A stretch of DNA of 64,000 bases from Malacoraja senta (lineage: Eukaryota): positions 1 to 64,000 of the forward strand of contig JAXLNO010005338.1 of the NCBI GenBank assembly GCA_038087875.1, given 5' to 3'. The position numbers and the translations under genes were made by a program. The notes below the pieces were generated by a model. That model saw only the letters and a program-made list of their open reading frames with translations, was not told the DNA's origin and did no database searches. This document shows, in pieces, positions 12,365 through 22,437 of this stretch; position 1 is the first letter of the stretch, and each line of letters starts with the position of its first letter.

Positions 12365-12795
12365 GTTACATAGATACATAGAAAATAGGTGCAGGAGTAG
12401 GCCATTCGGCCCTTCGAGCCTGCACCGCCATTCAATATGATCATGGCTGATCATCCAACTCAGTATCCCGTACCTGCCTTCTCTCCATACCCCCTGATCC
12501 CCTTAGCCACAAGGGCCACATCTAACTCCCTCTTAAATATAGCCAATGAACTGGCCTCAACTACCCTCTGTGGCAGAGAGTTCCAGAGATTCACCACTCT
12601 CTGTGTGAAAAAGTTTTTCCTCATCTCGGTCTTAAAGGATTTCCCCCTTATCCTTAAGCTGTGACCCCTTGTCCTGGACTTCCCCAACATCGGGAACAAT
12701 CTTCCTGCATCTCGCCTGTCCAACCCCATAAGAATTGTGTACGTTTATATAAGATCCCCTCTCAATCTCCTAAATTCTAGCGAGTATAAGCCAAT
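12365..12795 (-). mobile_element. Young CR1 3' fragment inserted in block A of unit 3
   Basis: Near-identical to the last ~430 bp of the long CR1 copies (GLDRRDAGRLFPMLGKSRTRGHSLRIRGK..GTGY). A shorter tail lies at ~11205-11375. Confidence 0.93.
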
Positions 12796-12979
12796 TCTTC
12801 CAGCCGCGCCCACTCGTCACCTTGTCTTCGCATTTGTCCAACAGTTCATTTGTAGTTAACCGCCATTCAACACCTTCTCTTGTTTAATCAATACTGTTTC
12901 CATTACATGAACATTCTTAGAGCCATCGTAGTACGAACATCCCGCTCTGTTCATGGTTGTTACTTATATCAGATCATTA

Positions 12980-14640
12980 GATCAGGTAAGGTGAGGCTGG
13001 TCTATTATTGTCACATGTTCCTCGTTGCAGTGGAAAGCGTGGCTCTGCACGCTATCTATTCAGTCCAGATATGCCATACATCGGTACATCAATTAAAGTC
13101 CTGTAGTTGGAACGTGGAGGAAGATACATAATGCAGAGTATAGTGTATTATATAGTATATCGTGCTGAATATTGTTGGTTATTCCCGTCAAACCATGAAT
13201 TCTCCGTGTAATTATGAGAATCAATAACCTTAGTTCAAGTCACATTGTATAATTCAGTTCTCCGTCCAACTGGACAAGTGCAGTTGGACAATTCGAGTTC
13301 TGTAAAAACACAAACAAAGAATGTGTGTAAAAATATTATTTAAATGTGCATGTGTATAACTGGAACAATGGAACAATAAGCAATGAAATATCCTCCTGGG
13401 ATCGCGATGTTGTAGACAATTAAGATGAGAGGCGTTTTAGGTTTGAGCTTCAGGTTTAAGTTTGTTATTGTTACACGAGTATATGTGAAAAGCGATATGT
13501 TGCATACTATCCAAACATCAGATATACCATATATAGACAGTATGTTCAAATTCGAGGACATCGAGTGCTGGGGATATGGATTCACATGAAGAATGAGCTA
13601 CCAGAGGAGGTCGTTGAGGAAGTCATTGTTACAACCTTGCAATGGCAGTTAGACTGCTTGGTGGATAGGAACGGTTTGGGGATATGTGGGTGAAAGATGG
13701 GTTGGAGTGATTAGTGTGGATGGGGCACATCGGTCGGCAGCTGGGACGAAAGGTCTGTTACCATATCCTCTGACAATATATAGAGCCATGTGGAAGATAC
13801 AGGGTGCAGCATATAGTTCGCACCATTGAGCGGATTGCAGTGCATACGTTACTTGGAGGAACTGACCGGTCTGGACAAGTCTTTGATTATGTTTTGTTTC
13901 CGAGGCAGCCTGAAGTGTAGATGGAGTCAATGGTGGGACGTCCGGTCTGTGTGATGGGTTGGGCTATATTTAAAACTGCAATTTCTCGCGGTCTTGGCAG
14001 ACCAGTTACCACTCCAATCTGTGGTGCAACCTGACAATATGCTTTCCACGATATATCCCGAGAATCTTGTCAGAGTCACTAGTGACAAGCCACATTTCCC
14101 CAGACTCCTCCTGAAGTAGAGGCGTTGATGTGCCTTCTTGGAAGTCGCATCAATGTGATTACCCCGCGACAGATCGTTGGTAATATAACTCCATGCAACT
14201 TGAGCTTTCGACCATTTTCAATTCCATACCATTGATGCAGATGTGTGTTGTACTCCACCATGCTTCATGAAGTCAATAATTACCTCCTTCAACTTGCTGA
14301 CATTGAAAGAGGGGTTATTGTCCTGACACTATGTCACTAAGTTCACTATCTTCGGCTTCTACTCCATCTCCACGTTGCACATTATTTGACCCTTCCCATT
14401 TGTATCATCGGCAAGCTCGTAGATACAATAAGAGCCGTGTTTGGCCGCACGGTGGCGAGTGTAAATGAGGTATGGTGGAGGACTGAAAACCAATACTTGC
14501 AGGCTCTTGTGTTATTCTGGAGGAAGTGTAATAATCTATAATCACTGACTGAGGACTGTTAGTGCTGAAATCGAGCATTCAGTGGAAGAGGGGGAAAATA
14601 TACCTCGGTCCCGGAGTTTGGAGAAGCTAACCACCCCATC
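12980..14640 (-). mobile_element. Rex1/Babar-type remnant (copy in unit 3)
   Basis: Aligns by eye with 5480-7130 (e.g. CCGAGGCAGC..AAGTGTAGATGGA.TCA.TGGTG, CTGACATTGA); heavily decayed. Confidence 0.65.
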
Positions 14641-14724
14641 ATTTTGCGCATACATGTACACATTGCTAAACGCATACAATAAAGTTCGAGTCTGTTCTTA
14701 TTTTCAATATTATCCGTGAACTGA

Positions 14725-15445
14725 CCTAGGCACCAGTAGTGGCTGCCTCGCCAGCAGGGTGTCTGTCCTTTCTACTTTTTTCTTATTTTAATGTGTTCAA
14801 AATTATGTTTTAGTGTTCCTTGTTTTGTTTTATGTGGGGTTGTGTGTGTGTGTGTGTGGGGGGGGGCTTTTATTCAATCTCTTACTTCGACGGAGATGCG
14901 ATTATTTTCCGTATCGTATCTCCGTCCGCACTGTGCCCTAACACCGTGGAGTTGGCGGCCTTTCCTGGAGACCGATCCGGCGCTCCAAGCCACGGGAGTC
15001 TGCGGGACTATAACATCGCGGAACTTGCGATCCCTTTGCCGGGGATCGAAGCTCCAACCGCGGGGCCTGTGGACTTTAACATCGTGGATCCCGCTGTCTC
15101 TGGTAAGAAGAGGCCGACTCGGGAGCTCCATGCCGCGGGGGAGTTTCAACCGCCCCGACGCGGGAGTTATGATCACCCCGACGGGGGCTCCGTCGTCGGC
15201 TGCGGGGCTCTGATCGCCCCGACTGCGGATGGTTTAACTGACCCGACCGCGGAGTATAAAGAGGAAGAAGATTGGACTTGTTTAGCTTCTTTCACAGTGA
15301 GGAATGTGGGGAATCCGCTGTGGTGGATGTTTACGTTAACTTTTATGTAATTGTGTGTCTTATTGCTTTTGTTTCGTATGGCCGAATGGTAATTCGCATA
15401 TCACTGCACCGTAATTGGTACATGTGACAATAAAGGTCCTTTGAA
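14725..15445 (+). mobile_element. Non-autonomous GC-rich element with Rex/Babar-like 3' tail
   Basis: Starts GGCTGCCTCGCCAGCAG, has a CpG-rich body and ends CACTGCACCGTAATTGGTACATGTGACAATAAA; a related reverse copy lies at ~18545-19205. Confidence 0.55.
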
Positions 15446-15710
15446 TCATTTGATCGGTTCGAAGTTCTGTTCTTCGCTCCTCAAACAATGAAGCTGTGAT
15501 CCAATAATTACCGGAGGTTGTGCAAATTGCAGCTTTTCAATGATGGGGACATCAGGTGGGTGGCAAGAGAACTGCATGCGAACGGGCACGAATCCATCAA
15601 TAAGTCATTTATGGATAACTTGCAGGTTCCGCGTGTATGTTGGGTAATTTGCTACGTTTCCCGGATCAGAAGGAAAGTGCTACTTTTTGTCTCCATTCTC
15701 CAGTAGACGA

Positions 15711-15769
15711 TGGTGGCAAACCAGCTGCCTCCCAAGATGTCGACCGGAATTCGATCCCTGGCCTCCGCA
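15711..15769 (+). pseudogene. Decayed tRNA-Gly-like sequence (or tRNA-Gly-derived SINE head)
   Basis: 15723-15769 matches the 3' 47 nt of vertebrate tRNA-Gly(TCC), recalled from memory, at about 36/47 without gaps; the anticodon position reads CCC and the 5' acceptor strand is not recognisable. Confidence 0.65.
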
Positions 15770-16548
15770 GTTGACCCGATCCAGGTGAAGCCCGCCTACC
15801 GAGAGCTTTGGAGATTTCGTTCAGATTCCAATTACTACCCATTTTAATAATAATAAGGAATGGTGAATTGCGGTAAACGGGACTCAATGACAAATTATTA
15901 TTCACTGTGATCTAGTCGTTGGGTCAGGGATGCAATTCCCGCCCCTCTCATTTTCCCGGTAAAACGGTGAACCTACGAGGGCATCTTCCTGGCCTCTTTA
16001 TTGCAGAATTCTACAGAAATCGATGGAAGGTCCCGACATGTCTCGACGATAGGTTCAGATGGTGTGACGCCTGTTTCTTCAAACGATAACCTGATGAAAA
16101 TCGTCTTGCCCCTGCTGTTATTCGTTTGTACCCGCTCTCTGATGGTTTTATAGCTTCGCTGAAATGTGGCGCCCTGTTTAAACACAATACTCCAACATAC
16201 ACAGAACATGATGGAGAAAAGTCAGGCACCGCCAAGAGTCATAACGTCATACAGTACTGAAACACCCTCTGGCCCAACTCGACCACACCATCTAAAATAG
16301 TCCATCAAAGCTTGAATGTTTGCCGAGTTCAATCCATATCTTACTCTAATCCTCCCCTATCTACCTGTCCAAAAGTTCACTTGAAATCTTTTTGTCCTTC
16401 CTCAACTACCTCATCTGGCACTCGTTCAGTATATCCAACATCCACAGTGTGAAAAACGTTCATTTTAAATATCTTTTATACGTCAGATCGCCACTGCTAC
16501 CCGAATATGACAAAAACACAGTTTGCGTTTCCTTTCTTCAGTAGCACA

Positions 16549-16605
16549 TGGTGACATACCAGCTGCCTCCCAGCAGTCGGGTGGAGTTCGATTCCCGGCA
16601 CCGCA
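16549..16605 (+). pseudogene. Second decayed tRNA-Gly-like sequence
   Basis: AGCTGCCTCCCAGCAGT...GTTCGATTCCCGGC: exact 14-nt T-arm/B-box match to tRNA-Gly and about 37/47 overall; paralogous to 15711-15769 including the downstream CGCAGTTGA[C/T]CC. Confidence 0.65.
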
Positions 16606-17473
16606 GTTGATCCAATCCACACGAAATCTGCCTCCCGGGAGCATCTTTAATCTCTCCCTACTACATCTTTAATCTCCCCCTACTCCGTTCTGAGGCACCC
16701 ACCTGCTTCAAGAAGACCACCTTTATCCCTAACCCGAAGTAAAGCAAGATATCGTGCCCAAAGGACAACCGCACTGTGCCCTTGACATCTACCATCATGA
16801 ATAGTTTCAGGAGACTATTAAATCATGTCTACCACGCGGCCTGGACGCACTGCAGTTCGCCTACCGCCAGAACAGGTTCACGGGAGTTGCCATCACCCTC
16901 ATCCCTGGAACACCTGGATAAGATACGTCAGACCCTGACAGCTACACAGCTCCTTGACTACAGCTCTGCCGTTAACACCGTTATACCATCCAGGTTCATC
17001 ACCGAAATAGTTATATAGTTATACAGCTAGATAGCTAGGTAGCAACGTAGCTAGATAGCTAGGTAGACGGGTAGCAAATAGCTGGATAGCCAGCTAGATA
17101 GCTACATATCTGTGTAGATAGCTAGACAGATAGATAGTTAGATAGTGAAATAGCTGGATAGCCAGCTAGATAGCTACATATCTATGTAGATAGCTAGACA
17201 GATAGATAGTGAAATAGCGAAATAGCTGGATTGACAGCTAGATAGTTATATATCTATGTAGATAACTAGACAGATAGATAGTTAGATAGTGAAATAGCTG
17301 GATAGCCACCTAGATAGCTACATATCTATGTAGATAGCTAGACCGATAGATAGTTAGATAGTGAAATAGCTGGATAGACAGCTAGATAGCTACTTATCTA
17401 TGTAGATAGCTAGATAGATAGATAGTTAGATAGTGAAATAGCTGGATTGACAGCTAGATAGCTACATATCGGT

Positions 17474-17720
17474 GTATAAGAAGTTTTTAAGAAGTAACTG
17501 CAGATGATGGAGAATCGAAGGTAGACAAAAGTGCTGGAGAAACTCAGCGGGTGCAGCAGCATCTATGGAGTGAACGAAATAGGCAACGTTTCGGGCCGAA
17601 ACCCTTCTTCAGACAGAAACGCTTCTTCTGAAGAAGGGTTTCGGCGCGATACGTTGCCTATTTCCTTCGCTCCACAGATGCTGCTGCACCCGCTGAGTTT
17701 CTCCAGCACTTTCGTCTACC
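17474..17720. mobile_element. Palindromic Penelope-derived non-autonomous element with 11-bp TSD
   Basis: Inverted arms 17520-17613 and 17627-17720 of the Penelope terminus; TACATATCGGT at 17463-17473 and 17721-17731. Confidence 0.85.
17585..17612 (-). ncRNA. Minimal hammerhead ribozyme core (left arm of the palindromic element)
   Basis: Minus strand CTGAAGAAGGGTTTCGGCCCGAAACGTT is intact; the right-arm copy (17628-17655, +) has GAAA changed to GATA and a stem II mismatch. Confidence 0.65.
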
Positions 17721-18544
17721 TACATATCGGTATAGATAGCTAGACACATAGATAGCTAGAAAGTTAGATAGCTAGATAACTAGCCAACAAGCTGGATAAC
17801 TGGACAGCTAGATAGCAAACTCGCTAGATAGTTAGATTACTGGCTAGCCAGGTGGCTACATATCTATGTAGATAGCTAGACAGATAGATAGAGAACTAGC
17901 TGGATAGATAGCTAGATAGCTACATATCTGTGTATATAGCTAGACAGATAGATATCTAGAAAGTTAAATAGCCAGATAACTAGGCAACTAGCTAGATAAC
18001 TGGGAAGCTAGATAGCTAGATAGCTGGCTAGTTAGGTAGCTAGATAGCTAAGTAACCTGCTAGCTGGATGGATGGACGGCGAGCCGGATGGAAGGCCAGA
18101 CGGTTAGAACCCTTGATTGATAGCTAGATAGCTGGAGTACTAGATATGTGTACAGCGCTGTATAGCTATCGCGCTATCTATGATAAATACCCAGATAGCT
18201 AGCTATCTGCCGTTCTAGCTAACCATCGCGATGCTTAGATGGCTAGATGGCTCGATGGGTAGAAGGCTGGATAGTTGACTAGGTACCTAGAGAGCTCGTG
18301 GCTATAGTTAGCTAGATTGCTAGATTAGTTAGAGAGCTGGATATCTAGCTAGCGGTAGTAGTTAGATAGTTAGATAGCTCGCTAGATAACTATATAGCTA
18401 GATATATAGCTAACTATATATCTGGAGAACCAGATTGCTATCTAACTATCTCGCTTGCTATCTAGCCAGCTACATCAGTTCAAGTGAAAATCTCCTCAAA
18501 GGGCATAAGATAAGTGAGAGAGCATCCAGTCTTTCGGAGAAAAT

Positions 18545-19205
18545 TTCAGCAATAATACAAGATAAATTTATTTGTCACATGTGCCAGTTGGTACAGTGAA
18601 ATGTAATCACAATACCGCCATACAGTAAAAATAAAGAACACAACATAGAGTTGATAGAATTCAAGATAAAACATCCCCACACAGCAGAATCAAAGTTTCC
18701 CACTGTGAGGGAAGGCACCAAGGTCAGTCTCTTCCTCTAATGTTCCCCAATGTTCACCCGTGGTCGAGACCTCCCCGAGCCCTCATGTTGGTCAGCGCCG
18801 CCCGCGTTGGAAGCTCTCCCAAACCGCAGCTCCACGATGTTGGAGCAACGGCCCAATGCTCCGGAGCTCCAAACGGCGATCCAGGTCGGTATCACCCGCT
18901 CCGCGGTGAATCTAGCGCTGCGCCGCCGCTGTTGTAGCTCTGGTCCGGTTCCCGGTCCCCGGCTGGAAAGGCCGCTCTGATCCAGGTGGTCGGCCGCGAG
19001 GAGGGGGGCGAGGACGCGACTCGGGAAATAGTCGCGTCCCCGCCAGGAAGCGACTGGGAAACAGTTTCCCCCTTACCCTACCGCCCTCCCCCACATAGAA
19101 AACTCAAAGATTCCCCCAAAACAAACGTTAAACTGACTAAAATTAAAAAAACAGATTGAAAAACAAAGAGGCTGCAGGCAGAGGCTGCCGTGAGTGCTGC
19201 GCCCC
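18545..19205 (-). mobile_element. Non-autonomous GC-rich element, related to 14725-15445
   Basis: Left end TTTATTTGTCACATGTGCCAGTTGGTACAGTG is the reverse complement of the same tail; CpG-rich body; right end AGGCTGCC. Confidence 0.5.
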
Positions 19206-19854
19206 TAGTGTCCAAATCATTTGTCTTGGTTGAATCGCTGACGCCACTTCCAAGAAAACACGAAAACGCCACTAGCTCCTCAGAAAACCAAGGACAATCG
19301 GCATGTATTCAACGAGTCTTACCAATTCCGACAGATGCGCCGTGGAAAGCAACCTATCGGGAAGCATCACAGTTTGGTTTGCCACCACATTTGTTGAAGA
19401 CCGTAAGAAATTGCAGGGAGTTGAAGATATAGTCCAGTCCATCACACACGTCACGTCTTCCCACTCCCTATCAATCTACCGTTCAGACTGCCTCTGAACA
19501 GCAGCCAACATGATCAAGGATCACTCGCGCCCTGGCCACTCCTTCCTTGCCCTCTCCCGTCGGTCTAAGCACAAAGGCTTGAAATCACGTACCACAACAT
19601 CCAGGAATATATCTTTTCCCGATATTATCAGACCAATGAAGGACCTCATAAACTGTAACTATAAATCCGATCTCTGAATTAATTGACTTGTTTAATAAGA
19701 ACTTTAGCTATAACACGGCATCTGAATTCTAGTATTTTCCTCTATGCACTACATGTTGTATTCTGTGTGGCTTGATTATGTTCATACATGGTCTGATGAA
19801 ACTTGATAACACTCTTGGTTGACGCGACAACGATGAAAGAAGAGCAATAGCGAA

Positions 19855-20634
19855 GCCAATGAGAGAGCAGGCTATTCTAGACTGGGTATTGAGTAATGAG
19901 GAAGGGTTAGTTAGCAGTCGTGTTGTGCGTGGCCCCTTGCGCAAGAGTGACCATAATATGGTTGAGTTCTTCATTAGGATGGAGAGTGACATAATTAATT
20001 CAGAAACAAGGGTTCTGAACTTAAAGAAAGGTGACTTTGAGGGTATGAGACGTGAATTGGCCAAGATAGACTGGCAATTGATTCTTAAAGGGTTGACAGT
20101 GGATATGCAATGGAAGGCATTTAAATACTGCATGGATGAACTACAACAATTGTTCATCCCAGTTTGGTAAAAGAATAAATCACGGAAGGTAGTGGATAAC
20201 AAGGGAAATCAGGAATCGTATCTAAACAAAAGATGAAGTATACAAATTAGCTAGAAAAAGCAGCCTACCAGAGGACTGGGAGAAATTCAGAGTCCAGCAG
20301 AGGAGGCCAGATGGATTAACTAGGAAAGGGAAAATAGATTATGAAAGAAAACTGGCAGGGAAAATAAAAACTGACTGCAAAGGGGTTTATAGATATGTGA
20401 AGAGAACAAATTAAAACAAATGTAGGTCCCTTGCAGTCAGAAACAGGTGAATTGATCATGGGGAACAAGGACATGGGAGCTCAATTGAATAACTACTTTG
20501 GTTCTGTCTTCACTAAGGAATACATAAATAATCTGCCGGAAATAGCAGGGGACTGGGGGTCAAATGAGATGGAACTGAGTGAAATCCAGGTTAGCCGGGA
20601 AGTGGTGTTAGGTAAATTGAATGGATTAAAGGCC
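19855..20634 (+). mobile_element. Older internal fragment of the same CR1 family (EN-RT linker)
   Basis: Aligns to ~22965-23756 of the long copy (REQAILDWVLSNEEGLVS..) with stops and indels; ends abruptly where the long CR1 starts. Confidence 0.9.
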
Positions 20635-20638
20635 TCTC

Positions 20639-20961
20639 CCGAGAGCCGTTGGAGAGGTCGCTGAGGGAGGAGCTACACCCGAGCGGTAGGACTTAAAAAG
20701 GAGCGCGGGGCTTGTTCCTTACAGAGGTCCGAGAGCCGTTGGAGAGGTCACTGAGGGAGGAGCTACACCCGAGCGGTAGGACTTAAAAAGGAGCGCGGGG
20801 CTTGTTCCTTACAGAGGTCCGAGAGCCGTTGGAGAGGTCGCAGAGGGAGGAGCTACACCCGAGCGGTAGGACTTAAAAAGGAGCGCGGGGCTTGTTCCTT
20901 ACAGAGGTCCGAGAGCCGTTGGAGAGGTCACTGAGGGAGGAGCTACACCCGAGCGGTAGGA
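20639..20961 (+). repeat. 90-bp tandem monomer x ~3.5 at the CR1 5' end
   Basis: GAGAGCCGTTGGAGAGGTC starts at 20641, 20731, 20821 and 20911; the units are nearly identical. Confidence 0.97.
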
Positions 20962-21134
20962 AGTGGAACCCAAATCTGTAACGTTCCGAGTTCCACTTCA
21001 AAAACAAGTGGGTTTGAGGAAGCCGCTGATTGGTGGACGCAGACAAGAGGGAGCAGCTGATTGGGAGTCAGATCCCTGCTGATTGTACTGTATTGTAGCA
21101 GTTTGTTTTGTATTGTATCCAGGGTAAGGGGAGT

Positions 21135-22133
21135 ATGAGGGCCAGGGCAGTTTACTGTTCTGGATGTCAGATGTATTGTATCCGGGGTAAGGGGAGTATG
21201 AGGGCCAGGGCAGTTTACTGTTCTGGATGTCAGATATGGGAAGTCATGGAGTCTGATAGCCCTCCAGACGTCCACATCTGCGCCAGATGTATCGAGATGG
21301 GGCTCCTAATGGACCGTATTAGGAACCTGGAGCAGCAGCTCGATGACCTCCGTCTGGTCAGGGAGCGCGAGGAAGTCATTGAGAGGAGTTACAGGGATGT
21401 GGTCACTCCAACACCACAGGAGGCAGGCAAGTGGATCACGGTTGGGAGAGGCAAGGGGCACAGGCAGGGACTAGAGAGTACCCCGGTGGCTGTACACCTT
21501 GACAATAAGTACTCCTGTTTGAGCACTGTTGGGGTGGACAGCCTACCTGGGGGTAGCGACAGCGGCCGGGCCTCCGGTATAGAGACCGGTCCTGCTGCTC
21601 AGAAGGGTAAGGAAAAGAAGAGGAGGGCAATATTAATAGGGGACTCTATAGTTAGGGGGTCAGACAGGCGATTCTGTGGACGCAGTCGGGAGACCCGGAT
21701 GGTAGTTTGCCTCCCTGGTGCCAGGGTCTGTGATGTGTCTCAACGTGTCCAAGACATCCTGAAAGGGCAGGGAGAGGAGCCCGAGGTCGTGATACATATA
21801 GGTACCAATGACATAGGTAAAAAAAGAGAAGAGGTCCTGAAAGGAGAATTTAGGGAGTTAGGAGGGGAGTTAAAGAGAAGGACAGCAAAGGTAACAATCT
21901 CGGGATTACTGCCTGTGCCACGCGACAGTGAGAGTAGGAATGGAGCGAGGTGGAGGATAAATGCGTGGCTGAAGGACTGGTGCAGAAGGCAGGGATTCAA
22001 ATTTCTGGATCATTGGGACCTCTTTTGTGGAAGGTTCGACCTGTACAAAAAGGATGGGTTGCACTTGAACCTGAGGGGGACCGATATCCTGGCGGGGAGA
22101 TCTGCAAAGGCTACTGGGGAGACTTTAAACTAG
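21135..22133 (+). CDS. CR1 ORF1 protein (zinc finger, coiled coil, SGNH esterase-like domain)
   Basis: Open frame with CSGC..HICARC, a leucine-rich heptad stretch, then LIGDSIVRG..CLPGARV..VIHIGTND..KDGLHLN (GDS-G-N-DxxH esterase motifs typical of CR1 ORF1). Confidence 0.92.
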   Translation: MRARAVYCSGCQMYCIRGKGSMRARAVYCSGCQIWEVMESDSPPDVHICARCIEMGLLMDRIRNLEQQLDDLRLVREREEVIERSYRDVVTPTPQEAGKWITVGRGKGHRQGLESTPVAVHLDNKYSCLSTVGVDSLPGGSDSGRASGIETGPAAQKGKEKKRRAILIGDSIVRGSDRRFCGRSRETRMVVCLPGARVCDVSQRVQDILKGQGEEPEVVIHIGTNDIGKKREEVLKGEFRELGGELKRRTAKVTISGLLPVPRDSESRNGARWRINAWLKDWCRRQGFKFLDHWDLFCGRFDLYKKDGLHLNLRGTDILAGRSAKATGETLN

Positions 22134-22437
22134 AATGGTTGGGGGGAGGGACTCGAATAGAGAATGCTATTAGACAGTGTGTGAGGCAGGAGGCAGAGAA
22201 GGAAAGCACTCAGACCCAACATGTAGGGGGGAAAGAAGAAAACAATAATAAACAGAGAATAAGAGGTGGTGGGGTTCTTAAATGGGAGAGCAGAGAAACA
22301 GAGGGGTGTAAAAGGCGGGCGGAAGCAATAGGTAGCAAGGTGAAAGGTAAAAGTGGCAGGCAGACAAATCCAGGGCAAAAATCAAAAAGAGCCACTTTTC
22401 AACATAATTGTATAAGGGGTAAGAGCGTTGTAAAAAC

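Larger units (their letters stand above)
5275..14720. repeat. Old, diverged three-copy segmental duplication (block A + inverted Rex/Babar remnant + block B)
   Basis: Block A at ~5275-5475, ~10170-10400 and ~12310-12970 (third copy split by a CR1); block B at ~7200-7830 and ~11380-12000. Shared strings include TCTCTTGT, TTGTCCAACAGTTCA (copies 1 and 3), GTTGTTACT, CAGATATATCTG, TCAGTCACTCCAAGG, GTAAGTATC and GGTATCACCGTCAGTA. Confidence 0.75.
17010..18480. repeat. GATA/GCTA compound microsatellite with ~71-bp higher-order unit
   Basis: (TAGA/TAGC)n throughout; GTGAAATAGC recurs near 17146, 17209, 17290, 17362 and 17433. Confidence 0.9.

Noticed and set aside
20639-20961. Regular direct repeats as a possible CRISPR array
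   Set aside because: The 90-bp units are contiguous and identical with no unique spacers, there are no cas genes, and the context is a eukaryotic LINE 5' end.
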